Assembly: GCA_963703345.1 (NCBI GenBank)
Contig: OY969814.1
Location: 2,219,753-2,283,752, forward strand
Length of the DNA: 64,000 nt
Origin: an uncultured Chloroflexia bacterium
GTDB lineage: Bacteria; Chloroflexota; Dehalococcoidia; DSTF01; JALHUB01
Direction of reading: 5' to 3'
In this document: positions 19,026-27,973 of the stretch, piece by piece
Layout of the letters: the number at the start of each line of letters is the position of its first letter
Position numbering within the stretch: position 1 is the stretch's first letter
Position numbers and translations under genes: made by a program
The notes under the pieces: generated by a model
Database searches by the model: none
Seen by the model: only the letters and a program-made list of their open reading frames with translations
Told to the model about the DNA's origin: nothing

Positions 19026-20066
19026 CTATTGAGAGGCGTACCAGACGAGGTCGGTCTGAGATTGGCAGCCCTGGTAGGGATTATCAGCGGTCGTGTCGAG
19101 GTTCACGTTGATTGTGAAGACCGAGCTATCGTTAGCGACCCATTGGTCGGTGGTGCCGCTACCGTTCGTCCCGCCCTTCAAGTGCAACACAGCGCCCGTC
19201 CCGCTGTAGGTCGTGGCGAAGCCGGACAGAGTGCCGTAGCCAGAGCCGCTGGTTGGGTAGATGATCGTGCTGCCCTGCTTGATTTGAAGGTTGAGCTTGG
19301 AGGCGGGATTGGTCGCGGTGCAGAGGGAGGAGCTGCCGGCGGCCTTGCTGGAGTAGTTCGCCGCGTAAATCCCGAACGTGCCCGTCGTGATGCTGCCGAG
19401 GTAGGTGATCGTGACGGTATTGCTCTTGTCCGCCGCGCCGGGAATGAAGTTCGTTGATGACAAGCTGAATATGGTGGCGCAGGTGCCGTTGTTTGTGCCG
19501 GTGCTACAGTTGCTGCCGCTGACCACGGTCCCGGCGACGTTCGTCATGGTGAGTGAGCTGTTCCCGAAAGCGTTGTTGGGGTTGGTGGTCTGGGCGTTGA
19601 AGCTGGCCAGCGAGCGCATTCCGATTGACGCGCCAACGAGCAGAACGATGAAGGCTGTGATGATGAGTCTTGTTCTTGCCAGGGACAGTATCCTGAGGGG
19701 CAAACCATGCCTTTCCCTGCTCCGAGGTCTTTCTGGTTGCTTATCGGATGGCCTTCTGGTTCTTGTTCTGAATAGGATGCCGACTGGAAGGAAAGCGGTG
19801 GGGGCGAGCCTTGCTCTTGTTTGGGATAGTATCCCAATTAGAACGGAAGCCCTGGGGGCGAGCCTTGCTCTTGTTCGAGATAGTGTCTCGAATAGTATCT
19901 CGACTCGAACGGAAGCAGTGAGGATGAGCCTTGCTCTTGTTCGAGATAGTATCCCGACGGGCCGCGGCCGGGGCAAGCCGTATCCCTCGTTGCTCCGAAG
20001 TCTTCTTGACCGCTTGTCATCGGAAGGTCTTCTTTTTCGGGACAGCATCCTGCCTGGCCTGTGCAA
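19026..20066 (-). CDS. TasA/CalY-like fibre subunit with long repetitive basic N-region (start uncertain)
   Basis: SipW-type signal ..GMRSLASFNAQTTNPNNAFG; mature part clearly paralogous to 20704-21387. Confidence 0.72.
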   Translation of the reverse strand: MHRPGRMLSRKRRPSDDKRSRRLRSNEGYGLPRPRPVGILSRTRARLILTASVRVEILFETLSRTRARLAPRASVLIGILSQTRARLAPTAFLPVGILFRTRTRRPSDKQPERPRSRERHGLPLRILSLARTRLIITAFIVLLVGASIGMRSLASFNAQTTNPNNAFGNSSLTMTNVAGTVVSGSNCSTGTNNGTCATIFSLSSTNFIPGAADKSNTVTITYLGSITTGTFGIYAANYSSKAAGSSSLCTATNPASKLNLQIKQGSTIIYPTSGSGYGTLSGFATTYSGTGAVLHLKGGTNGSGTTDQWVANDSSVFTINVNLDTTADNPYQGCQSQTDLVWYASQ

Positions 20067-20089
20067 CTGCGGCAGCCACCCACATGGGC

Positions 20090-20626
20090 TTACCTTGCCC
20101 CTGACCTCCGCGGTAACCTACGGGGCAGCCACACCGGTATGAGCATTGTAAGACCAAGAGCCAGGATGGGCACGTCGATCACAGACAGCGGCCCCAGGCT
20201 CAACGCTCCGACAGACATAAGGTAGCCGATGTAGGGAAAGTGGGATACACAGTGCCAGCCGCTTCCAGTGGCGGGTAGGTTCCAGGGATCAGGAAGGGGA
20301 TTGGCGTCTCCCTTAGTGAAAAACTCGGGACCCTCGGTGGTATCTACAATGTCGACCACCCGGTGGGTTATGAGCTGCTGATGGTCGGGTGGGTAGAATG
20401 TGATGATGTCGCCGACCGCAACCTTGTCCGCGGCGATGGGACGGAGCACAACGATCGAGCCCTTCGGTATAGTTGGGGCCATACTGCCGGAGGCTACCAC
20501 GTCCACTCTGTATGGCAGCACACGCGGACCCACTACCAGAAGCAAGAGCGCAATTACGGCCAGCATCATGACGGCCGCGAGGAAAGCCTTCAGTAGCGCG
20601 TTGGACTTCCTGACAAGCGACCGCAA
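20090..20626 (-). CDS. sipW: signal peptidase I, SipW/archaeal (Ser-His) type
   Basis: SGSMAPTI..G, ITHRVV, TKGDAN..D. Confidence 0.9.
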   Translation of the reverse strand: MRSLVRKSNALLKAFLAAVMMLAVIALLLLVVGPRVLPYRVDVVASGSMAPTIPKGSIVVLRPIAADKVAVGDIITFYPPDHQQLITHRVVDIVDTTEGPEFFTKGDANPLPDPWNLPATGSGWHCVSHFPYIGYLMSVGALSLGPLSVIDVPILALGLTMLIPVWLPRRLPRRSGAR

Positions 20627-20703
20627 CCGTTCCCTCCTCTGAAGGACTATAAGCTAGCGCCACGCCTAATGGGGATGGGGATAACCCTGATTTTTCGCTT
20701 CTG

Positions 20704-21387
20704 CTACTGAGCTGTATACCAGACGAGGTCAGCCTGGGACTGGCAGCCCTCATAGGTATAGTCACCGGTGGTGTCGAGGTTCACGTTAATCGTGAAGACC
20801 GAACTGTCGTTGGGAGCCCATACGTTGACGTCGCCATCGCCATCCGTCCCGCCGGCCAAGTGCAAGAGAGAGCCTGTCCCGGTATAGGTCGCAGCGAAGT
20901 CGGCCAGAGTGCCGTAGCCGGAGCCGCTGACCGGATAGATGATCGTGCTGCCTTGCTCGATCTGAAGGTTGATCTTGGTGGCAGGATCGAGGGCGGTGCA
21001 GAGTGTGGAGCTGCCGGCGCCGTTGCTGGCGTAGTTGTCCGCGTAAAGCCCGAACGTGCCCGACGTGATGTTACCAGTGTAGGTGATCGTGACGGTGTTG
21101 TCCTTGTCCGGGTCCCCAGGAACGAAGGCCGTCGACGCGTCATCGAATATCGTGGCACACGTCCCGTCGTTGGTGCCGGTGGCACAGTTGCTGCCACTTA
21201 TCACGGTCCCGGCAACGTTGGTCATCGACATCTGGGCGTTGCCGAAGACGTTGTCCGGGTTCGTGGTCCGCGCGGTGAAGGTAGCCAGGGTACGAATACC
21301 GATCAACCCTCCGATTAGCAGAACGATGAAAGCCGTGATGGCTAGCCTTGTTCTTGTTCGGGATAGCATGCCGATTGAACCGAGCAT
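20704..21387 (-). CDS. TasA/CalY-like fibre subunit
   Basis: Signal ..GIRTLATFTARTTNPDNVFG; C-term TGDYTYEGCQSQADLVWYTAQ resembles TasA-family ends; adjacent sipW. Confidence 0.75.
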   Translation of the reverse strand: MLGSIGMLSRTRTRLAITAFIVLLIGGLIGIRTLATFTARTTNPDNVFGNAQMSMTNVAGTVISGSNCATGTNDGTCATIFDDASTAFVPGDPDKDNTVTITYTGNITSGTFGLYADNYASNGAGSSTLCTALDPATKINLQIEQGSTIIYPVSGSGYGTLADFAATYTGTGSLLHLAGGTDGDGDVNVWAPNDSSVFTINVNLDTTGDYTYEGCQSQADLVWYTAQ

Positions 21388-21418
21388 TGCGTGTTCCTCT
21401 TTGGTTGGAAGTACTTCT

Positions 21419-21533
21419 AAATGCTTATCGGACGGCCTCTTGTATAACTAAAGTGGTATTCCCGAGGACATATGAAATGTTTATCGGACGGCCTCTTGTA
21501 TAACTAAAGTGGTATTCCCGAGGACATATGAAA
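21419..21533. repeat. 56-bp tandem duplication upstream of fibre operon
   Basis: TTATCGGACGGCCTCTTGTATAACTAAAGTGGTATTCCCGAGGACATATGAAA identical at 21425-21477 and 21481-21533. Confidence 0.95.
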
Positions 21534-21570
21534 GAGAAGGGAGATCGGGACGAGATCGCTCTGGGTGAGG

Positions 21571-21750
21571 CATACCCTGGTCCGCCAGGAATCCCGCCAA
21601 TTGGCGAGCACTCTCCAAGTACGTCTCAATCTCTCGTGGAGATAGGTTCGCCGCTCGTGGGTGACGGGCGAAGCTTTCCACGTTAACAAGCACGTCGCCC
21701 CGTGCTATACTGTCGCTGGTTACAGGCTCGCGCACGGCGTCCCTCATCAT
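21571..21750 (-). pseudogene. N-terminal remnant of tyrosine integrase
   Basis: VESFARHPRAANLSPREIETYLESARQLAGFL resembles the integrase SAM-like N-domain; no catalytic domain; abuts tRNA. Confidence 0.65.
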
Positions 21751-21829
21751 TGCCAGTGCCGGTCTCGGAACCTGTGCCAGGTTATTCAGGCGCTGTTCCA
21801 GTTAGAGGCTGTAGCTAGGTTCGAAACGA

Positions 21830-21905
21830 GCGGGAATAGCTCAGTTGGTAGAGCATCTGCTTCCCAAGCAGAGGGTCGCGGGTTCGAGTCCCGTTTCCCG
21901 CTCCA
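21830..21905 (+). tRNA. tRNA-Gly(CCC)
   Basis: GCGGGAA/TTCCCGC acceptor, GCTC/GAGC D arm, TCTGC-TTCCCAA-GCAGA anticodon arm, GGTTCGAGTCC T loop, encoded CCA. Confidence 0.98.
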
Positions 21906-21932
21906 ACGTTTTTCCAGGTTTCATTAGATATG

Positions 21933-21957
21933 AAGCCGGGCATTTCGCCCGGCTTTT
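21933..21957 (+). terminator. intrinsic terminator after tRNA
   Basis: AAGCCGGGC-ATTTC-GCCCGGCTT followed by T's. Confidence 0.7.
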
Positions 21958-22191
21958 CTCGCCCCTCGGAATGGCCGGTTGTCGCGACCATCTGCTTTCT
22001 GGGCAGAGGGTTTGCGCTCCTCTGCCAGCTTCGGCGGTCTTGGTCTGCCACTCGCCGCTCTCCCAAATACGGATGGAGTATTGGCACGCCATAGCCCTTG
22101 CCCTCACGGCAGCTACCCGCCGGCCTCCGTCAAGACCCGCAGCGAGCCGTCGCATGGTCTCAGTGCCACCGTTTCCTTCCCCAGCGACACA

Positions 22192-22220
22192 TTGACAATC
22201 GCCATCCCGCCAATTAGTCT
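22192..22220 (+). promoter_or_regulatory. sigma70 promoter, probably giving a leaderless druA-like mRNA
   Basis: TTGACA-17-TAGTCT, ATG 7 bp downstream, no SD. Confidence 0.6.
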
Positions 22221-22227
22221 GTGACCG

Positions 22228-23421
22228 ATGCACAATCGCTCTGGTGAGCTCGCCGGGGCGAACTCGAACGCAGCAACTCAAGCTAGTCTCGTCGATCCGG
22301 CGAAGCTCAAACGACAAATTGTTGCCTCTCTCAGGGCGCAGGGATTTCGCATCTGTGGCGGCGAAATCCTGCCCCCGCGCGATCTCGACAAAGCCAAGAT
22401 ACGCGAGCTTCACACCACCGCGGTCTTTCATCGAATCGAGGTTTCCAGAAGAGGACTCGTAGGCCAAGAACCCCGCCTGCTTAGGCGGTTCGCTTCGGGG
22501 ACCAACGTGGACCCGGCAAGCGTTAGGCCGCGCCTCGTCGAAGTGGAGCCGGATTCTGAGGACGAGCTGCTTTTCAGGTATGCTGCTTTGCACTGGAGTA
22601 TCCCTGTCTCTTCCGGATATGGAAGGAGGATCCGATTTCTGGTTGTCAACGAACAGAACCAGAGTCTCATCGGGCTCTTCGGACTGGGCGACCCAGTGTT
22701 CAGTCTCGCCGCCCGCGACGGATGGGTCGGGTGGGACAAAGAGTCGAGGCGCGAGAGGCTCCGCAACGTCATGGATGCTTTCGTGCTGGGTGCTGTCCCG
22801 CCCTACGCGAGTCTATTGTGCGGGAAGCTCGTTGCTATGCTCGTTTGCAGCTCAGAGGTGAGGCGGGCCTTCGAACGCAAATACGGTGGGGCAGAATCCT
22901 TCATAAGCCGCCGACCATCAGACGGTCGGCTCGCCCTTGTGACTACAACCTCAGCGCTGGGCAGGTCTTCACTCTACAGCCGTATCAAGTACTGCGATCG
23001 CGTACTGTACGAGAGTGCCGGTTATACCAGGGGCTCCGGCGAGTTTCACTTTGCCAACGGGCTCTATTCCGCTCTGACCAGCTATGCTCGTCTTCATTGT
23101 CAGCCAAGCGCGAAACATCCTGCATGGGGGATTGGATTCCGTAATCGGCGCGAGGTCGTGAGGAAAGCATTGAGGGAGCTCGGGTTGTCAGCCGAATGGG
23201 TCTACCACGGGGTTCGTCGGGAAGTGTTCGTCGTTCCACTGGCCCAAAACACAAGAGAGTTTCTTCGGGGGGAGCACTCCGAGCTGCTATGGTCTGAACA
23301 ATCAGCCGACGACCTGTTTAAGTGGTTCCGCGAACGGTGGCTGCTGCCCCGTGCCAGTCGCAACTGCTCGTACCGAGATTTCGACCCGCATTCATACGCA
23401 ATATGGAACAACGCGACCTAG
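22228..23421 (+). CDS. DUF4338 / Druantia DruA-like protein
   Basis: WSIPVSSGYGRRIRFLV, LGDPVFSL.ARD.W.GW, GAVPPY..LL.GKLVA, TTSALGRSSLY.R, GYT.GSG.FH. Confidence 0.8.
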   Translation: MHNRSGELAGANSNAATQASLVDPAKLKRQIVASLRAQGFRICGGEILPPRDLDKAKIRELHTTAVFHRIEVSRRGLVGQEPRLLRRFASGTNVDPASVRPRLVEVEPDSEDELLFRYAALHWSIPVSSGYGRRIRFLVVNEQNQSLIGLFGLGDPVFSLAARDGWVGWDKESRRERLRNVMDAFVLGAVPPYASLLCGKLVAMLVCSSEVRRAFERKYGGAESFISRRPSDGRLALVTTTSALGRSSLYSRIKYCDRVLYESAGYTRGSGEFHFANGLYSALTSYARLHCQPSAKHPAWGIGFRNRREVVRKALRELGLSAEWVYHGVRREVFVVPLAQNTREFLRGEHSELLWSEQSADDLFKWFRERWLLPRASRNCSYRDFDPHSYAIWNNAT

Positions 23422-23479
23422 GGATTCGATCTCCAAAACAGGGAAGCGCGAGCATGGATGACCAGCTTTCGCGAGAGAG

Positions 23480-24631
23480 ATGAACGAATCTGAGACTCCG
23501 TTCGCTGACCTGCCCGAGGCCCTGCTTGACGAGATGCTCTCCCAAACAGAGCGGGTCGCCGAAGGCCTGTTGGGGACTTTCAGATCGGTCAACACGCAGC
23601 GGGCAGCTATGCGCGATGCCCTCAAGAGGCTCAACCTTGTCGACAATGAATCGTCTCTGGGTTATCCTCCTCTGCCGACGACCTGCGCGGTCAACGGCTC
23701 CTACGCTATAGAGAGGCTTCTTACCACCGATCTGGTGGCCTGTGCTGCCGTAGCAATCGAGGGTCTGACGCCGCCTTCAGAACAGCGGCATTGGGAGCAG
23801 CCTCGTCACCTCTCGGTCATTCAATCCGAAGTGCATCACGCCGAGACAGCTACCGTCCTTAGAGCTCTGATGCTGGGTCTTGAGTTGACGCTCGCGACAA
23901 GGGCTCCTCATGATGTTGTCATGCTCGACGCCACCCTCACCCTTCCGGTCATCTACTTCAACCAGGCCCTCCACGCTGCGGCTGGCGCGCCGGAGCTTGA
24001 GATATCGAGCGCTTTCCGCCAGCAGGCGGTCGATTTCCTGCGGTGCTACGCCGCGATTCTTCAATCGGAACGTTCCGACCGGGACTTCGTTGGCCTGCCG
24101 AAGTACTCGACGAGGCGCGAGGTTGGCCGACAAGCCGGATGGTCGGACCAACATGACGACAGGGGCCTACTTACACTCATTCTTGATCCTGGGGAGTTCA
24201 CTAGGCCGCTTTCCCTTGAGCAGCCAGCGCAGCCCTGGCATCTAGGTACGGGGACGCTCCCCCCCGATGTACGTGCAGATGCGGAACGCCTGGCTACGGA
24301 GATCGCGGGCCGCCTGGAGCAAGTTCGGATATTTTACTACAAGCCCCACCGATGGTTGCCTGCCGTTAGGGTGGAAGTGCCTTCAAATGTTGCTGAAAAC
24401 CAACACCGCCTGGCTAGGGTGGTCCAAGGAATAAAGCATCAGTGTGCGGCGGCCGGGATGATGGAGCCCTACCCCTTGTACATGGCGGACCGCATGGTAA
24501 AGGCCGTGGCGCGAGCGTTGCCGGCCTTCAGACAGGTGACGACGCAGCGGATTTCCGAGCAGTACGAAGGCGAGATCGCTGAAGTCTTCTTCGGCTTGCA
24601 CGGCTATAGGTCAGAGTCAGGAGTTCAGTAG
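23480..24631 (+). CDS. NurA-domain nuclease
   Basis: AV(N)GS, E..LA, VMLDATL, GLPK, EPYPLYMADRMVK; coupled to HerA. Confidence 0.8.
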   Translation: MNESETPFADLPEALLDEMLSQTERVAEGLLGTFRSVNTQRAAMRDALKRLNLVDNESSLGYPPLPTTCAVNGSYAIERLLTTDLVACAAVAIEGLTPPSEQRHWEQPRHLSVIQSEVHHAETATVLRALMLGLELTLATRAPHDVVMLDATLTLPVIYFNQALHAAAGAPELEISSAFRQQAVDFLRCYAAILQSERSDRDFVGLPKYSTRREVGRQAGWSDQHDDRGLLTLILDPGEFTRPLSLEQPAQPWHLGTGTLPPDVRADAERLATEIAGRLEQVRIFYYKPHRWLPAVRVEVPSNVAENQHRLARVVQGIKHQCAAAGMMEPYPLYMADRMVKAVARALPAFRQVTTQRISEQYEGEIAEVFFGLHGYRSESGVQ

Positions 24632-24633
24632 TG

Positions 24634-26439
24634 ATGGACACCGGTTCTATGGGCCGAAGCATCGACAAACTCATCGATGACTCGGAGCGCCTTGGAGTCG
24701 TCGGCTCGCCTTCATCGACCGCCGAGCTTGCCATGGACGTCCTGGGTGCCGCTGTCAACAGGAAACTCGTCGGGGAGTTGGCTCTTTTCCGTTTCCTCCA
24801 GGACTCTGCCAGGCACTATGCACTCGGCCAGATTACGGAGGTAAAGCTGCGGAATATCTGGCACGAAGATCCAACGATGCGGAGCCTCATCAGGCAACGC
24901 GGGCGCGTCAACGCTGTGAGCGAGCGCCAAGACACGCACCTCGCTCAGATGATTGTGAGCGCCGTGTTCAAAGACGGCGCCAGCTCCGCGACCTATGAGC
25001 CAAGCATAATGGGAACGGTACCCGCGACAGGTACGACGATTCATGTGGTAACAGACCCTATCCTGGAGGAGATTCTACGACCTTACCGCAGGCAGATCTT
25101 TTACCTTGGTCAGGTGTATGGTTCGAAGCCCAAACTGCCTCTATGGTTCAAGCACTTCGACCGAGGACCAGACGGCGCCGGAGAAGCCTATCATCTCGGC
25201 ATTTTTGGCAAGACCGGTTCGGGCAAGTCGGTCCTGGCGAAGATGATTCTGCTCGCCTACGCCCGCTATCCTCAGATGGCTCTTCTCGTAATCGATCCGC
25301 AGGGCGAGTTTGCGCGCGATATCGGTGGTGGGCACACAACGGGTGAATTCCCCTTGCCGTTAGGAGATCTCGTCAGCTCCCGAGGGAAGCCGGTCCGTGT
25401 TCTCACCGTAAAAAACCTTGTCCTCGATAGATGGGAGCTTTTCCGCCGAATTCTCTATGAGTCCCTTTTCTTTGAGCGCTTGACGATTCCGCGGAGCGAG
25501 AACCGAGAACTGGCGTGTGACATCCTTTCGGAGAAGTTGCAGAAAGCCGGGGTGAAGCTCGCTGAGCTTTGGAATCGAACTTCATTCGACCGCGCGTGGA
25601 CTTTGCTTGGTGACCCCGCTGTGCAACGCAATTTCTATCGAACAGACGCGTCTCGCGCCCGCTTCGACGCCGCTCTGCACGAGGCAGATGCTGACGAGTT
25701 CTACAAGGATTACTGGCGCCCGGTGGCAGAGCTATTCCGCGCCGACAGATCCGGAGCCACAACAGTTGAGAGTGCGCTTGGCTCCTTGTTAGATCCGCAG
25801 AAGGATCAGCGTCCGACTCTGGTAGTGGACCTGTCACGCGAACAGGCTTCCGGGATGTTCTGGAATGATACAATCCAGTCCCTAGTCATCAAGCGGCTTC
25901 TGGACGGTCTAGAGGTCACGGCAGAGCACTTCTTCAAGGGCGGAGAAAGCCTGAATGCGTTAGTAGTGATAGACGAAGCACACCGTCTCGCTCCACGAGA
26001 GTTGCCGACAGACGATGAGGCCGCGAAAGCGGTCCGAGGAGTTCTCATTGACGCCGCACGAACAACGAGGAAGTATGGGTTAGGTTGGCTGTTCATCAGC
26101 CAAACCCTCTCGAGTTTGCACACCGAGATACTCCAGCAGCTCCGCATCATGTTCTTCGGCTTCGGCCTCGGCCTCGGCCAGGAGTATCAGTCTCTCAGAC
26201 AGTTGGTGGGCTCGTCCGGCCCCGCCCTTGACCTGTATCAGCTATTCAGAGATCCTCATTCAGCGTTTGACGCAAAGAGTCGCCAGTACTCTTTTATGAC
26301 CATCGGCCCGGTGAGCCCATTGTCATTCTCCGGGAGCCCCCTTTTCTTCAACGCCTTCAACACGGTGGAGGCGTTCGTAGAAGCCAACGAGATGGAAACG
26401 AATCCAAGGCAGGACAGCGGGCAAGAACCTAGAATCTAG
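24634..26439 (+). CDS. HerA-like (DUF87) ATPase/helicase
   Basis: HAS-barrel-like N-term, HLGIFGKTGSGKS, IDPQGEF, VIDEAHRLAP, RKYGLG..ISQ. Confidence 0.9.
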   Translation: MDTGSMGRSIDKLIDDSERLGVVGSPSSTAELAMDVLGAAVNRKLVGELALFRFLQDSARHYALGQITEVKLRNIWHEDPTMRSLIRQRGRVNAVSERQDTHLAQMIVSAVFKDGASSATYEPSIMGTVPATGTTIHVVTDPILEEILRPYRRQIFYLGQVYGSKPKLPLWFKHFDRGPDGAGEAYHLGIFGKTGSGKSVLAKMILLAYARYPQMALLVIDPQGEFARDIGGGHTTGEFPLPLGDLVSSRGKPVRVLTVKNLVLDRWELFRRILYESLFFERLTIPRSENRELACDILSEKLQKAGVKLAELWNRTSFDRAWTLLGDPAVQRNFYRTDASRARFDAALHEADADEFYKDYWRPVAELFRADRSGATTVESALGSLLDPQKDQRPTLVVDLSREQASGMFWNDTIQSLVIKRLLDGLEVTAEHFFKGGESLNALVVIDEAHRLAPRELPTDDEAAKAVRGVLIDAARTTRKYGLGWLFISQTLSSLHTEILQQLRIMFFGFGLGLGQEYQSLRQLVGSSGPALDLYQLFRDPHSAFDAKSRQYSFMTIGPVSPLSFSGSPLFFNAFNTVEAFVEANEMETNPRQDSGQEPRI

Positions 26440-27061
26440 CAGTTTCTGACCCGTGCTCACCGGGGCTTTCTTCCAATGACGCGAGGATCTTGTCGACCAT
26501 GGGCATCAAGTCTCGCCGCAGTTCGTCCCTCGTTCCTTCGTTCTCGATGACGGTCAGCGACAGGTCACCCCGAGCTCGTAGGGCGTCTAAATCGTCATCG
26601 CCATACCATTTCTCCATGTCAACTCGGGAGATGTATCTTGCCCGGTCAACCTGCCCACGCGTGAGGTTGCGTTGCCATGCAATGTCCCACGATGATGAGA
26701 GGTATAGGACAAGCGATTGGTCAATGATCCGTTTCGGAAGACAATCGAACAGGGGTGCGTAGACGTGGCGCGCAACCTCCGCTATCACCAGATCGGCCCG
26801 CTCGGTTTCCAGCTTGGCGTGCAGCCAGTTATCCAACTCCTGCCAGATGGAGTCGTCAGTGATCTCGAATCCCCCGTCTTCAGTGGGGCGATGGCGCCTG
26901 AACGAGGGGTCTTTCTGGACCAAGACCCAGAGTACCGGGAAGTCGTGCATGACTGCTATCTCCCCTTCGAAGCCCCGCAGACGCAGCTCATCGGTCAGGA
27001 TCCTTGTCGCGAGAGACTTGCCAGTGCAGGGACGACCAACGACGAAGACAAACCGTGCCAA
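26429..27061 (-). CDS. P-loop nucleoside/nucleotide kinase-like protein
   Basis: VVGRPCTGKS, LYL....IAWQRNLTR lid motif, VIENEG; TTG start after AAGGAG (alternative GTG 27097). Confidence 0.72.
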   Translation of the reverse strand: MARFVFVVGRPCTGKSLATRILTDELRLRGFEGEIAVMHDFPVLWVLVQKDPSFRRHRPTEDGGFEITDDSIWQELDNWLHAKLETERADLVIAEVARHVYAPLFDCLPKRIIDQSLVLYLSSSWDIAWQRNLTRGQVDRARYISRVDMEKWYGDDDLDALRARGDLSLTVIENEGTRDELRRDLMPMVDKILASLEESPGEHGSETARF

Positions 27062-27115
27062 AGCCCCTCTCCTTGAACTGGCACTGACGAGCGTCACAAC
27101 GCCACGTCAACTCGG

Positions 27116-27973
27116 TTACGACCGCCCCCGCCTTCCCCACACGGCTATGGAGAGTGCTGCAAGCGACAAAACGAGCGAAAAAAAGGATACCGCTAGCGCG
27201 GTCATTGGCCAACCACCCAGTATATCGCCTTCCGGTTTGATAACTGGGGCTATTGCGACGACAGCTAGGGCCGCTATGACCGCGGCCAGCACCGCCACCA
27301 CAATCGTGATGAAGGTGATCGACTGCGCTCTGAGTTCGTCACTTTGCCTTGTCACGCGCGCTCCGAGTTCGTCACTTTGCCTTGTCACCCTCTCGACGTT
27401 CTCGACCATCTCGCGGGGAAAACTCCGCAGCCGATGAAGATCAAAATCCCCCAGAGAATCTCGGCCCTGCTTCATCGGTATGCTGATTCCTTTCCTGAAC
27501 GGGGTGGTCTTGACGAAATCCATCGCGAAAAGCTCTTTGCGATAATCGAGAACTACTTCGCGATCGGCCAGATTATATACTGGTGCGAACAGTTCTCCTG
27601 ACCATCCCGGGTCAACCTGAAGAGCTCCCACCCATAGCAAGCCCTCATAAACGCTCGACACTTTCAGAGCCCATCGTGCTATCAAGAATCTTGGCAGGTT
27701 CAACTTCTCGTAAGTACTGACAATCGCCATTTGATAAGGAGCGATTTTAAGGGGAGCGTTTTCGGCTATTACCACATCGACTCCACCCAGACGAGCGTGA
27801 CTTCCCAGCGTTAGGTTGTATCTTGCTGCTCGCAGGTGTTCCTGGTGGAATGGATCGATGAGCGGCGGGACTACTTTGGTGGAGTAGTATTCGATCTCGT
27901 CAGATAGGAGCACCGCTCCGTGCCATCCCCCCCGGCTCTTTCGCTGGTCTTCTTCAAGGATGTCTTCCTGCAT
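27116..27973 (-). CDS. dCTP deaminase/dUTPase-fold domain (catalytic residues lost) + coiled coil + two C-terminal TM helices
   Basis: LLSDEI, IDPF, AARYNLTLG, STYEKLNLP, VDPGWSG...YN; hydrophobic ITFITIVVAVLAAVIAALAVV and MTALAVSFFSLVLSLAALSIAVW. Confidence 0.82.
   Translation of the reverse strand: MQEDILEEDQRKSRGGWHGAVLLSDEIEYYSTKVVPPLIDPFHQEHLRAARYNLTLGSHARLGGVDVVIAENAPLKIAPYQMAIVSTYEKLNLPRFLIARWALKVSSVYEGLLWVGALQVDPGWSGELFAPVYNLADREVVLDYRKELFAMDFVKTTPFRKGISIPMKQGRDSLGDFDLHRLRSFPREMVENVERVTRQSDELGARVTRQSDELRAQSITFITIVVAVLAAVIAALAVVAIAPVIKPEGDILGGWPMTALAVSFFSLVLSLAALSIAVWGRRGRS
27332..27388 (-). repeat. 33-bp-period coding duplication (RVTRQSDEL x2) in linker
   Basis: GAGTTCGTCACTTTGCCTTGTCAC at 27332 and 27365. 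Confidence 0.9.

Larger units (their letters stand above)
17358..21867. mobile_element. small degenerate tRNA-Gly island (SipW/TasA-like cargo)
   Basis: Bounded by duplicated tRNA 5' half; truncated integrase at right end. Confidence 0.75.

Noticed and set aside
19660-21533. CRISPR array
   Set aside because: Repeats are degenerate, irregularly spaced or tandem without unique spacers; no cas genes in the window.
22228-26439. Complete Druantia system
   Set aside because: Only a DruA-like gene; no DruE helicase or DruB-D.
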